Assembly: GCA_028281445.1 (NCBI GenBank)
Contig: JANQJW010000014.1
Coordinates: 30,026-94,025 of the forward strand
Direction: 5' to 3'
Length of the DNA: 64,000 bases
Source: Planctomycetota bacterium
GTDB taxonomy: Bacteria; Planctomycetota; PLA2; JAEUHO01
The notes under the pieces were generated by a model. That model saw only the letters and a program-made list of their open reading frames with translations, was not told the DNA's origin and did no database searches. Below are positions 50,343-59,716 of the stretch, in pieces (within the stretch, counting starts at the first letter, position 1; each line of letters starts with the position of its first letter). The position numbers and the translations under genes were made by a program.

Positions 50343-52319
50343 TCAGAGGATCGTCTGCGCCAGAGTGCTCGATTCGGTGCGGAGCACATAGTTCGAGCCG
50401 ATGAGCAGCTTGAGGATGCTGCCGCGGTCCTCGGGGTCACCCAGGAAGCCGAGCGCGGCGTACGCATAGGCGCGTACACCGTCGCCGCGCCTGCGATCCT
50501 CGGCCATCTTGCGGATCGGCTCGACGATGCCCGGATCGTCATGGAGGCCGATGCCGAGCACGACCTGCGCGGCCGCCCAGGTGCTCCGCGTGGCCGCCAG
50601 TTCGTGGAGCAGCACGGTACGCGCGTCGGGGTCACCCAGCATCACCATGCCGAGCGCGAGCTGGCTTCGCAGCTCCGCCGGCGAGCTCTCGTTCGCGTGC
50701 CACCGCCGGAGCGCGTTGAGCACTCGCGCGTCCCGGCGACCGAGCTGCCCCAGAGCGACCGGCGCGAAGAACGTCTCCGACCGCCCGAGGCGCACGCGCG
50801 GACCGAGCAGCCCGAGGAGCGGCTCGACAGCCTCGTCGTGATCGGTGCAACCGAGCGCCGCGACGACGGACGCGCGGAACAGCCGGTTCTTGTCGTTGGC
50901 CAGGATGTTGCGGAGCGTCCGCGCCGTCACGGTGCGCACGGCCTCGCCCTTCTTCACACCGGGTCCCAGGTCATGGGCAACGAGACCGAGCCCCAGCGCA
51001 GCGAAGGACGAGCGGACGACGTAGTACTCGCCGCGGTAGCGCGCTTCTTCGGAGAGCCACTTGAGAGCGCGGGTGTCCTCGAGGATCGTCTCGCTGCCCT
51101 GCCGTAGGTCTTCATTCAACAGGCGGGCCATCGAGACATGCGCGAGGCCGCGCGTCAGCGTGTTGCGTGCCGCGCGCATGCTGACGATCAGCGAGACAGC
51201 CATCGTCTTGCGGTAGTCATCCGGCACGGCGGCGACCTGGTCGGCCAACGCGAGGAACGTCGACATGCGGATGAAGGTCGGGAACTTGCGCTGCGTGGAG
51301 TTCACGTACCAGACGATGCGATTCCACTCAACGGCGTGGAGCCGCGCCTGGGCACTCATCGCGTGTCCGCGCTCGTAGTGGTTCCAGTGGCGCTTCTGGA
51401 TCCACGCGCCTTCGACCATGCGCGTGAGACCCTTGGCGGCGCCCGGCGGCAGCGCGGCACGGTGGTGCATGCTCAGCGCCGTGAGCAAGGCAACGGGCAG
51501 GTCGTGTGCCCTGTAGTCCTCGTCGAGGCGGCGCCACAACGCGCGCGCGATCACCTTGCCGTCGAGCGTGCCCGGACCGAAGGGCTGATCGGCGAGCAGG
51601 CCGAGGGCGTACGCCGCGAACGCACGTCCCGTCCGGTGGTACGCCTCGTCGTCGAAGAGCGCGAGCAGCCGGCGTCGCTGCACATCCAGCATCGCGCCCG
51701 GGAACTGGTCTCCGGCACGCGAGCGCCGCAGGAGGCCCAGGGCCAACGTGGCGCAGCGTCGTACGAGCAGCGGGTTGGCGGCGTTCTGCGCGTGCGCCCA
51801 GATGGTCTCGACAGCCTCGATGTCGCGCGCCACTTTGCCGAGCGCGAGCACGGCGGCTGCACGCACCTCATCGGACTCACGCGCCGCGGGTGACAGCGCC
51901 GTCATCAGTGCGGGGATGATGATCGTCTCGACGTGTTCGATGCGCTGTGCGCGGCGATCGGCCCGCCGCGCGGCGATGTCGGGCAGGGGTTCACCCGCTT
52001 GAATCGCCCACCGTGCGCGCCGGCGCATCAGGTCGGCGCGCTCGGGCAGCACGCTCCAGCGGTTGAGCGCCCACCACTGGCGCCAGTCGTAGTCGGCCGT
52101 GCGCACGTTCGTCGCCAGACTCTGCGCAGAGCCGCGCGGCGGCGCGTCCGTCGACCCGCCCGGCGTGCGCTTGGCGTCGAGATCCTCGGCGGCGATGCGC
52201 GCAAGGCGCAGTTCGCTCTCGTAGCCGCTGTTGGCGCCGCGCACACCGCGGCCGCCGTGGGCGCAGGCGTCGTCCGAGAACACGACACTGCAGACGAGGA
52301 TGACGAGTGCGCGGCGCAA
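50343..52319 (-). CDS. HEAT-repeat protein (658 aa), predicted secreted.
   Basis: N-terminal signal-like segment. Numerous AALGxLGD/RxAAxxALG HEAT/PBS-lyase-type repeats. Confidence 0.55.
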   Translation of the reverse strand: MRRALVILVCSVVFSDDACAHGGRGVRGANSGYESELRLARIAAEDLDAKRTPGGSTDAPPRGSAQSLATNVRTADYDWRQWWALNRWSVLPERADLMRRRARWAIQAGEPLPDIAARRADRRAQRIEHVETIIIPALMTALSPAARESDEVRAAAVLALGKVARDIEAVETIWAHAQNAANPLLVRRCATLALGLLRRSRAGDQFPGAMLDVQRRRLLALFDDEAYHRTGRAFAAYALGLLADQPFGPGTLDGKVIARALWRRLDEDYRAHDLPVALLTALSMHHRAALPPGAAKGLTRMVEGAWIQKRHWNHYERGHAMSAQARLHAVEWNRIVWYVNSTQRKFPTFIRMSTFLALADQVAAVPDDYRKTMAVSLIVSMRAARNTLTRGLAHVSMARLLNEDLRQGSETILEDTRALKWLSEEARYRGEYYVVRSSFAALGLGLVAHDLGPGVKKGEAVRTVTARTLRNILANDKNRLFRASVVAALGCTDHDEAVEPLLGLLGPRVRLGRSETFFAPVALGQLGRRDARVLNALRRWHANESSPAELRSQLALGMVMLGDPDARTVLLHELAATRSTWAAAQVVLGIGLHDDPGIVEPIRKMAEDRRRGDGVRAYAYAALGFLGDPEDRGSILKLLIGSNYVLRTESSTLAQTIL

Positions 52320-52361
52320 GGAGCCCCCCTACTGGAAACGTAGCGCCGTCTGTCCCTGCAC

Positions 52362-53759
52362 CTACCAACCGAAGTGGAAGCCGTACGCGTCCTTGACGCC
52401 GAGGACGTCGATCAGTGCGCGGCGCTCGGCTGGGGTGAGGTCGAAGGCCCGATCCACACAGAAGGCGTCGATGCCCTCGGCGCCGTCGGGGATCATCTTC
52501 CTCTCGCGGATCATGTGGCGCTTCAAGAGACGAGTCGTCGCGAGTGAATCAAAGGTCGTGCTCTTCCAGAGCCGGCCCATCACGGCTTTCCGAAACGCGA
52601 ACCGGGCCTCGGGCAAGGCCGTGTCCCACGCGTAGCGCAGCGCCGCCCAAAGCACCCCGATCTTGCGCCATGCCTCGCGGTCCTCGGCAGAGACGTCCTT
52701 CCACGCGGCGTGGACCTTTCGTACGAGCGCCTGGCGCGGTTCACCGGTGATCTTCAGCTCGCGATCGGCGCCGATCGAGGCGAGGAATTCACTCATCTCC
52801 ATGCGACTCGCAAGCGCGCCGGCAGTCAGCCCGTCCTCGGGCTTGCCCGCGCGCAGCCCGCGCGCCTCGTTGAACGCGCGGGCGAACTCGACCGCGGGCT
52901 CGTAGCCGCTGTTGGCACGCTTGAGGATTGCGTCGATGACGCGTCTTCCCAGCAGCGTGAGCGAGTCATCGCGCTTCGCCGGCTCGAAGCCTGTTGCCGT
53001 CTTCAGGGCTTCGGCCGTGTCGCGGTAGCCCTGCCGGGTCTTGGTCGTGCCCTTGCGCGCGTCGGCACGCATCGCGGCCTTGAGCGGCGGGAGGATCGCC
53101 AAGGGGAAGCGATCGTCGATCCCCGCCTCGATGACACGCACGGTCGCTGCGATGTGGCCGGCGGTGAGCTTGTCGCCGCCGGGCACGACCACCGCAACTC
53201 GATCGAGCGACGCGGGATCGTGAAAACGCCGGTCGTAGAAGACAGGCTCCTGCGGCTCGAGGCTGCGCACGAAGGCCCTGATCACAGCGCGCTGCGCCGC
53301 CGCCGTCTCGGGGGCGTAGCCGATGGCGAGGCCCCATTGGTGCTGGGTCAGCCGCACGACGCGCACCTCGCCCGTGACGCGTCCGCCTCCGATCGAGGCC
53401 ATCAGCGAACCGGCCGCACCGGGACAGCCGAACACGTCGACGGCACGCTTCGTTGGCAGGCCGAAACCGCCAACATTCATGCCGCGGAAGAACACGTCGA
53501 CGGCCTGCACGAGCGTCGGCTCGGGCTCACTGCCGGGACGTGCCGGGAAGACGTGCGCGCGCATCATGGCCTTGCCGTCCTTCGAGCGGTATTCGACATG
53601 CCACTGGCCGGGCGCGAGGCTCTCGTTGCGTTGTGTCCATTCACCAGTCGGTGGCGTGACGACGCCGGGTGCCCCCTTCAAGCCGATCGGCTTGTTCTTG
53701 TCCTCGGCAGCCGCGGTCAGCGGCAGCAGGACACAGAGCAGGAACGCGGCGCAACGCAT
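52362..53759 (-). CDS. Hypothetical secreted protein (~465 aa). An alternative start is at 53786.
   Basis: Signal peptide MRCAAFLLCVLLPLTAAAED. No recognisable domains. Begins 2 nt after the der stop. Confidence 0.45.
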   Translation of the reverse strand: MRCAAFLLCVLLPLTAAAEDKNKPIGLKGAPGVVTPPTGEWTQRNESLAPGQWHVEYRSKDGKAMMRAHVFPARPGSEPEPTLVQAVDVFFRGMNVGGFGLPTKRAVDVFGCPGAAGSLMASIGGGRVTGEVRVVRLTQHQWGLAIGYAPETAAAQRAVIRAFVRSLEPQEPVFYDRRFHDPASLDRVAVVVPGGDKLTAGHIAATVRVIEAGIDDRFPLAILPPLKAAMRADARKGTTKTRQGYRDTAEALKTATGFEPAKRDDSLTLLGRRVIDAILKRANSGYEPAVEFARAFNEARGLRAGKPEDGLTAGALASRMEMSEFLASIGADRELKITGEPRQALVRKVHAAWKDVSAEDREAWRKIGVLWAALRYAWDTALPEARFAFRKAVMGRLWKSTTFDSLATTRLLKRHMIRERKMIPDGAEGIDAFCVDRAFDLTPAERRALIDVLGVKDAYGFHFGW

Positions 53760-53788
53760 CGCGTCGGATCCTACCGCCCGCTGCACGG

Positions 53789-55189
53789 TCAGCGCGGCCC
53801 CTTGAGATTCTTGGAGGGGGAGCGCTCGCGCTGCTTGAGGAAGATGCGAACCGGCACCTCCGCCATCGGGAACGCCTGGCGGATCCGGTTGCCGAGATAG
53901 CGGATGTAGCTGGGCTGGAAAAGGTACGTCTCGTTCACGAACAACGTGAACGTCGGCGGCGCGACATCGACCTGGCTACCGTAGTAGATCCGCCCGATTC
54001 GCCCCTGCTTCGGGCGTGGCTTGCGGCGGGCGTAGGCCGCTTCGAGGAGCTTGTTCACCTCGGCGGTGGAGACGCGCGTCTGCGCCTGCTCGTGGAGGCC
54101 GCGCGCGACCTCGAGCACGCGATCGACGTTCTTGCGTTCGAGCGCACTCGCGAAGACGACCGGCGCGAACGGAATGCCGGGCAGTACTTTGTCGAGGTAG
54201 TTCGCGAACTCCTTCTGCGTGATGCCCGCCTCTTCGCACAGGTCCCACTTGTTGGCGACGACCACGACCGGCTGGAAGTGCTTCACGGCGTAGCCGGCGA
54301 TCTGGCGGTCGAGCCTGCCGACGTCCACGCTCGCATCCAGCATGAGGATGGTCACGTTCGCCCGCCGCATGGCCTTCTCGGCTCGGCGCTGCGCATAGAA
54401 TTCGACCGAGCCGTGCACCGCGCGCTCCTTGCGGATGCCGGCGGTGTCGATCATCACGAAGACATCGCCGTCGCGCCGGAACCGGATGTCCACGCTGTCG
54501 CGCGTCGTGCCGGGGATCTCGCTCACGATCATGCGGTCGTCTTCGAGCATGGCGTTGACGAACGTGCTCTTGCCCGCGTTGACGCGGCCGACGACCGCCA
54601 GCTTCATCTCGGGCGGCGGCAGCTTCGGCGGAGTGATCAGCCCCTCCGGCAGGTGCGGCTCGATGCGTTCCTCGAGGGTGTCGAGGTTGATGCGCTCCTT
54701 GGCCGAGATCTCGAGCGGCTCGCCGTAGCCGAGCGTAGCGAAATCGGCCAGGTTCCACGTAACGGAGTCGGCTTCCACCTTGTTCGCGACGAGGATCACG
54801 TTGTCGGTGCGCTCGCGCAATAGGTGCGCGACGCGCTCGTCCAGCGGTGTCCGGCCTTCACGTGCATCCACGACGAAGAGCACGCAGTCGGCTTCCTGCA
54901 GTGCGGCGGCGACCTGGTCCTCGACGTCGGCGTCGAGGCCCTGCATGTCGACGATGCCGATGCCGCCGGTGTCCACGACCTCCACGGTTCGGTCCGCGAG
55001 CGTGCAGAGCACCTCGACGCGGTCCCGCGTGACGCCGGGTGTCTCCTCGACGATGGCGATGCGGCTGCGGGCGAACGCGTTGAGGAGGGTCGACTTGCCG
55101 ACGTTGGGCCGGCCAACGATGGCCACGACCGGCGGACGCACCGACTCCGCGGGCGAGGTCTCCGCAGGCTTGTCCTGCTCGTCGGTCAT
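53789..55189 (-). CDS. der: Ribosome-associated GTPase Der (EngA).
   Basis: Two tandem GTPase domains (GRPNVGKST...DTGG...NKVE; GRVNAGKST...DTAG...NKWD) plus a C-terminal KH-like domain. Confidence 0.9.
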   Translation of the reverse strand: MTDEQDKPAETSPAESVRPPVVAIVGRPNVGKSTLLNAFARSRIAIVEETPGVTRDRVEVLCTLADRTVEVVDTGGIGIVDMQGLDADVEDQVAAALQEADCVLFVVDAREGRTPLDERVAHLLRERTDNVILVANKVEADSVTWNLADFATLGYGEPLEISAKERINLDTLEERIEPHLPEGLITPPKLPPPEMKLAVVGRVNAGKSTFVNAMLEDDRMIVSEIPGTTRDSVDIRFRRDGDVFVMIDTAGIRKERAVHGSVEFYAQRRAEKAMRRANVTILMLDASVDVGRLDRQIAGYAVKHFQPVVVVANKWDLCEEAGITQKEFANYLDKVLPGIPFAPVVFASALERKNVDRVLEVARGLHEQAQTRVSTAEVNKLLEAAYARRKPRPKQGRIGRIYYGSQVDVAPPTFTLFVNETYLFQPSYIRYLGNRIRQAFPMAEVPVRIFLKQRERSPSKNLKGPR

Positions 55190-55227
55190 CCCCCGAGAGT
55201 ACGTGAGGTGCCATGGCCTCGTAACTC

Positions 55228-55372
55228 TCCACAGAGGCGCAGAGGCACGGAGCGGCGCCTGCGGCCGCCCGTGTCCCCCCTTGGACTCCACCTACGGGTC
55301 GCAAGCGGCCGCCGCTCGAAATCGGCGATTCGGCGCCCTGCCCGAAGCGCTCTGCGCCTCTGTGCCTCTGCG
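55228..55372. repeat. Inverted repeat element, family B, copy 1: arms made of tandem CCTCTGYG octamers, ~90-bp spacer. Lies upstream of der.
   Basis: tccacagaggcgcagaggcacggagcg ... cgctctgcgcctctgtgcctctgcgga. The arms are near reverse complements. Confidence 0.7.
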
Positions 55373-55379
55373 GAGGGAC

Positions 55380-56639
55380 CTACTTCAGACGCCCCTCCAG
55401 CATCTTGCGCACCTGGGCGTCGACCTGGTAGGTCTCGAGCACCCAGCCGACCCAGTCCTTGTCGGGACCGGGCGTGAGGCTGATCGCGGCCTGTGCAAAG
55501 TGGCTCATGGCCTTGCTGCTCGTGGACTGCGCGAGCCCCGTCTCGATGAACGCCCGCGCATCCTGCCACTTCAGGCGACCCGTGTAGCGCAGGTAGTAGT
55601 GAATGAACTGCGGATGGCCCGAGCCGGCGACCGTGCCGCGGATCACGCGCTGGTCGAGCTGCGCCCGCACCGCGCCCGTGGGCTTGATGCGGTGGACGAG
55701 ATGCATGGCCTGGAACGGGTTCTTCTCGAGCATCGGGCCGATGAGCGCGTCGATGTCGAGCTCGGTCAGCATCTCCGCGGGCACCTTGCGCAGGAGGTAG
55801 TTGATCTCCTCGGGGCTCACCTTGCCGCTGCGCAACTTCTCGAGCGCCTCCTCCGGCGTGACCGGCGGCTTCCACGCGCGCAGGGCCTGCTCGATGTCGC
55901 GCCGGTTGCGCTGCAGCGACTGCGGTTGCTTGTCCGCATCCTGCGCGAGGATCGCCTCGGCGTAGGTCGACAGACGCTTCAGGCGCTCTTCGCCGACCAT
56001 GCCTGGTACGACCCACGCGATGCCTTCCGTGAAGATCTCCAACACGTCGTCGTCGAGGTCTTCGAGCTGCGCCGGGTCTTCCGCAGCCGTCTTGTAGATG
56101 GTCTCCAGCATGTCCGCGACCTGGACGTTGTTGTCCATCGCGAACTTGATGAGCGGGAAGATGAAGCGCGCGGCTTCCTCTTCGCTGGGGATCAGCTGCC
56201 GTGTGATGTCGCGACCGGGCTTCTCGAAGATCGTGTCGTTGATCGCCTTCAGCAGCGCCATGTGCCCTTCCGGGCCCTTGGCGAGCATCGCTTGCGCGTA
56301 GGCCATCAAGGCGGCGAACGCGTCTTCCGCGTTCTCGTACTTGCTGATGTCGAACGGATTGCCGTCGTCCGTCCAGACGTCGACGACGACCGGCTTGCCG
56401 GTCTTCTTGGACTCCTCCACGAACTCCCGGATGCTGTGGCCCTCGAGCGTCGCACCCACCGAGAGCGAGGCGGCACGTCGCCCCAACTCAGCCTCGAGCT
56501 GTGCGACCTTGGCGTGCAGGTCGGCGACCTCGCCCGTGTCGATGTCCGTCGTGTTGGATGTCCGCGACGCCATCGAACCTGCCAGGAACCCCACGCCCAG
56601 GCCCGCGACGACGAGGATCGCAATCGTGGCATTGTTCAC
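55380..56639 (-). CDS. Hypothetical membrane-anchored protein (419 aa).
   Basis: N-terminal TM helix IAILVVAGLGVGFLAGS, a coiled-coil-like segment, and a soluble domain with no known motifs. Confidence 0.45.
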   Translation of the reverse strand: MNNATIAILVVAGLGVGFLAGSMASRTSNTTDIDTGEVADLHAKVAQLEAELGRRAASLSVGATLEGHSIREFVEESKKTGKPVVVDVWTDDGNPFDISKYENAEDAFAALMAYAQAMLAKGPEGHMALLKAINDTIFEKPGRDITRQLIPSEEEAARFIFPLIKFAMDNNVQVADMLETIYKTAAEDPAQLEDLDDDVLEIFTEGIAWVVPGMVGEERLKRLSTYAEAILAQDADKQPQSLQRNRRDIEQALRAWKPPVTPEEALEKLRSGKVSPEEINYLLRKVPAEMLTELDIDALIGPMLEKNPFQAMHLVHRIKPTGAVRAQLDQRVIRGTVAGSGHPQFIHYYLRYTGRLKWQDARAFIETGLAQSTSSKAMSHFAQAAISLTPGPDKDWVGWVLETYQVDAQVRKMLEGRLK

Positions 56640-56683
56640 GCGGCTACCCTCCCTGGAGCCAGCTTAGCGAATCTCCGGGCCCT

Positions 56684-57451
56684 CTAGCGGACGCCGAGGA
56701 AGCGGTGCACCTGCGGAATGATGCGGACGTCGCGGTGCGCGCCGCGCGCCGCGAGATGCAGCTCGTAGAGCTGCGCGATGGTCGGCGCGTCCGGGCCCTC
56801 GCCGTAGGGCGTGACGGGCTGGAGCACGAAGGGAGCTGACGGCAGGTGTCGCGCGGCAAGGGCCGCCGCTTCCGCGACCTCCTCCAGTGGCGTCGTCGCC
56901 CCCACGATGGCCTTCACGCAGAGCGCCTTGCCCGAGGCCTCGAGCAAGGCATAGGACTCTTCGTGCTTCGCCCACGGCGTCGTTGCACCGGTCGCACTCT
57001 CGAGCTTGAGGTCCGGACTCACCTCGTCGAGCTCGTCGATGACGGCAGCGAGCTCCTTGGGCCGGTGGCCCCCCGTCTCGAGGTGGACGCGCAAACCCAG
57101 CCCGCGCACGGAGCGCGCGAGGGAGAGGACGGCCTCGGGGTGCAGTAGAGGTTCGCCCCCGGTGATCGAGACGCCGGCATGCAGACCGCGCGGCTCGTCC
57201 AGCGCGATGATGGCGCCGAAGAGGCGCGGCATGTCCATCGGGTTCGCAACGAACTCGTCCCCCTCCGGAATGCGCACCTGGACGCGCGCCTTGTCGGGTG
57301 TGGGGAAGGAGTCCGGGGTGTCGCAGAACGCGCAGCGCAGATCGCACTTCGCGAGCCGCACGAAGATCTGACGCTCCCCCACGCGCGGCCCCTCGCCCTG
57401 GAACGTGGAGAAGATCTCCAGGACCGGGACTTCGAGGGTCGCGTCGGTCAT
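56684..57451 (-). CDS. queE: 7-carboxy-7-deazaguanine synthase QueE (radical SAM).
   Basis: Cluster motif CDLRCAFCDT (CX3CX2C) near the N-terminus. QueE-like length. Confidence 0.75.
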   Translation of the reverse strand: MTDATLEVPVLEIFSTFQGEGPRVGERQIFVRLAKCDLRCAFCDTPDSFPTPDKARVQVRIPEGDEFVANPMDMPRLFGAIIALDEPRGLHAGVSITGGEPLLHPEAVLSLARSVRGLGLRVHLETGGHRPKELAAVIDELDEVSPDLKLESATGATTPWAKHEESYALLEASGKALCVKAIVGATTPLEEVAEAAALAARHLPSAPFVLQPVTPYGEGPDAPTIAQLYELHLAARGAHRDVRIIPQVHRFLGVR

Positions 57452-57452
57452 C

Positions 57453-58496
57453 TCAGTCGTCGCCGACCCGGACGACCTCTTCGAAGCCGGCCTCGACAGC
57501 GCTCTGGAACGTTGCGTCCGGCGCCGTGCGCAGGCTTGACGGGTCGACGCCGTCGATGGCATGCCGGAGATCGAGGTACGCCGCCGTGCGGCCACAAACA
57601 ACGCGGACGATCAAGTCAGACAGCCAGCGCGCCACGAGGACGAAGAGGACGAGGGCGATCGCGGCTGCCACGAGATAGTCGCCGGTCGTAACGCCGAGTC
57701 GTGCGGCGTCGGGCGGCGCGCCCATGGCCGAGAGGATCGCCTGCGCGCGATCGAGCATCGCCGCAGGTGCGGCTACAGCGAGACACGCCCAGCCGAGGGA
57801 GATCGCGAGCACGGTGAGTGCGAGGCGCCACAGCGCACCGATCAACACGCCCGAGAGGTACCAGAGGCGCGTCGCAAGTAGCCGCGGCATGCCGGCGCCG
57901 GCGTAGCCGAACGTGCGGCTGAGCGCATCGAACGCGTCGGAGTCCTCGCACGCGATCGTCGGCCCCTGCAGGAAGCCGCCGAAGAACCACGTTCCGGCGA
58001 GCAGCGCCGCGATTACGGCCAACGCGGCGCCAACCAGGATGGCGAGCGCGAGCAGGACGCCGGCAACGGTGCTGCCCACCCACTGGCCGAGCCACGGTCC
58101 GAGCGAAGCCAAGGCGATGAAGACGGCCAGCGGCAGGATCACGCCCATCCACAACACGAGGCGCGCGCCGACGAACGCACGCCAGTGCCGCGCGGCGAAC
58201 GCCATCGCCGACTCACCGTCGGCCGGCTCACGCCGCGTGAGCCCCACTGCGGCCATGCGATAGAGCGCGCCGCCGTAGAACGACCAGACGAGCAGCAGCA
58301 AGAGCATCTGCAGGACGACATAGCCGAGCAGCGCGATGTCGTTGTCGGCCTCGTAGGCGCCGCGCAGCGGAGCGAGGATGTAGGCCGCCGGCTGCTTCAA
58401 GCCGGCGAACGCTGTCGCGGGCCCGCTCAGCAGGTGGGAGATGATGCTCCCGGCGAGCAGCGTGGGCGCACTGACCAGAAGGCCGATGAGCGCGAC
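57453..58496 (-). CDS. Polytopic membrane protein of unknown function. Start uncertain.
   Basis: At least 7 hydrophobic helices. Lies between yacG and queE on the same strand. The 5' part of the track ORF overlaps yacG in another frame and is probably not coding. Confidence 0.4.
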   Translation of the reverse strand, partial: VALIGLLVSAPTLLAGSIISHLLSGPATAFAGLKQPAAYILAPLRGAYEADNDIALLGYVVLQMLLLLLVWSFYGGALYRMAAVGLTRREPADGESAMAFAARHWRAFVGARLVLWMGVILPLAVFIALASLGPWLGQWVGSTVAGVLLALAILVGAALAVIAALLAGTWFFGGFLQGPTIACEDSDAFDALSRTFGYAGAGMPRLLATRLWYLSGVLIGALWRLALTVLAISLGWACLAVAAPAAMLDRAQAILSAMGAPPDAARLGVTTGDYLVAAAIALVLFVLVARWLSDLIVRVVCGRTAAYLDLRHAIDGVDPSSLRTAPDATFQSAVEAGFEEVVRVGDD

Positions 58497-58545
58497 GCGC
58501 CGCTTGCCCGCGTCGCGCGCGGTCTTGCCAGCCGCATGCCAGAGC

Positions 58546-58776
58546 TCACGCTTCAGGCTCAGAGGACCCTCCCTCGTCTTCGGACGGCTGTGGCTCCACG
58601 TCGCCCAGCTCGGGATCGAACGCCACGGCGGCCTCCCCCGCCACGACGTACTCTCCTCGGAACCAACGCCCGAGGTCCACCATCTTGCAGCGCTCGGAGC
58701 AGAACGGCACGAACTCGTTCTCCTTCGCAACCGCCTTGCGGCAGATCGGGCACGAGCCGCGAGCCTTCGCCCCCAT
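58546..58776 (-). CDS. yacG: DNA gyrase inhibitor YacG (zinc-binding).
   Basis: CPICRK...FCSERCKMVDLGRWF matches the YacG zinc ribbon and its conserved C-terminal W. Confidence 0.75.
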   Translation of the reverse strand: MGAKARGSCPICRKAVAKENEFVPFCSERCKMVDLGRWFRGEYVVAGEAAVAFDPELGDVEPQPSEDEGGSSEPEA

Positions 58777-58778
58777 GA

Positions 58779-59102
58779 TCAGTCGTCCTTGCTGCCGCCG
58801 GACGAGTCGCTGGAGTCGCTCTTCTTGGTGTCGGTCTTCTTGGTCTCGGTCTTCTTGGTCTCGGTCTTGCTGCTCTCGCTCGACGATTCGCTACTGCTCT
58901 CCGACGGCGTGCTGCCGGACCGCTTGTAGTCGGTCTCGTAGAATCCCGAGCCCTTGAAGATGAGTCCGGCGCCGCTGCCGACGAGCCGGACGAGCTTCGG
59001 CTTGCCGCACGCGGGGCACTTGCGCTTACGGCGGCTCGTCATCGACTGGAAGTGCTCGAACTGGTGGCCGCACGCTTCGCAGACGTAGTCGTAGGTGGGC
59101 AT
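58779..59102 (-). CDS. FmdB-family zinc-ribbon protein (CxxC...CxxC) with a Ser/Glu/Lys/Thr-rich tail encoded by a 15-bp tandem repeat.
   Basis: [16 protein letters not shown]...CPACGK is the FmdB putative regulatory zinc ribbon. Tail: SESSSESSSESSKTETKKTETKKTDTKK (DNA repeat 58831..58875). The ATG overlaps the grpE stop (TAATG). Confidence 0.7.
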   Translation of the reverse strand: MPTYDYVCEACGHQFEHFQSMTSRRKRKCPACGKPKLVRLVGSGAGLIFKGSGFYETDYKRSGSTPSESSSESSSESSKTETKKTETKKTDTKKSDSSDSSGGSKDD

Positions 59103-59716
59103 TACGCGTCCTCGCCCTCGTCGCCCGCCTCTTCCGTCGCCGGCTCCGGTGCCTTCACGACGAGGACCTCCGCGGCGCGGACGACGCGGCCGTGAAGCTC
59201 GTAGCCGGGGCGCATGACCTCGCACACCGTCTGCGGGTCGAAGTCCGGGTTCTCGACCATCATCATCGCCTGGTGGCGGCCGGGATCGAACGGCTGGGCC
59301 AGCGCCTCGATCTCCGTGACCCCGTGCTTGCCCAGGACGGCTTGAAGCTGCTTACCTACGAGATCGAGTCCCGTGCGCGCCGGATCGTCCTCGCCGAGCT
59401 CCTTGTGCGCGCTGTACAGCGCGTCGAGCACCGGTAACAAGTCGACAACGACGCCTTCGATCGCGAACTTCTGGCGCTCGCCCTCCTGACGGCGCAGGCG
59501 CTTCGTCTCGTTGACGAACTCGGCTTCGACTCTCTTGAGGCGGTCGGCCAGCTCGACCGCGCGGGCGGCGTCGGCTTTCAGCGCCTCGAGGTCAACCGGA
59601 TCTGCTGCGCCGTCTTCGACCGGTTCCGGCGTGGGCTCGGCCGTCGGCTCGTCCCCGTGTACGGGCAGCTCGTCAGTGTCCGGCTCGCGTCCTTCGTTGG
59701 TACTCATCTCGCTCAC
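59102..59716 (-). CDS. grpE: Nucleotide exchange factor GrpE.
   Basis: GrpE signature in the C-terminal half ([13 protein letters not shown]...[23 protein letters not shown]). Overlaps the dnaJ stop. Confidence 0.85.
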   Translation of the reverse strand: MSEMSTNEGREPDTDELPVHGDEPTAEPTPEPVEDGAADPVDLEALKADAARAVELADRLKRVEAEFVNETKRLRRQEGERQKFAIEGVVVDLLPVLDALYSAHKELGEDDPARTGLDLVGKQLQAVLGKHGVTEIEALAQPFDPGRHQAMMMVENPDFDPQTVCEVMRPGYELHGRVVRAAEVLVVKAPEPATEEAGDEGEDA

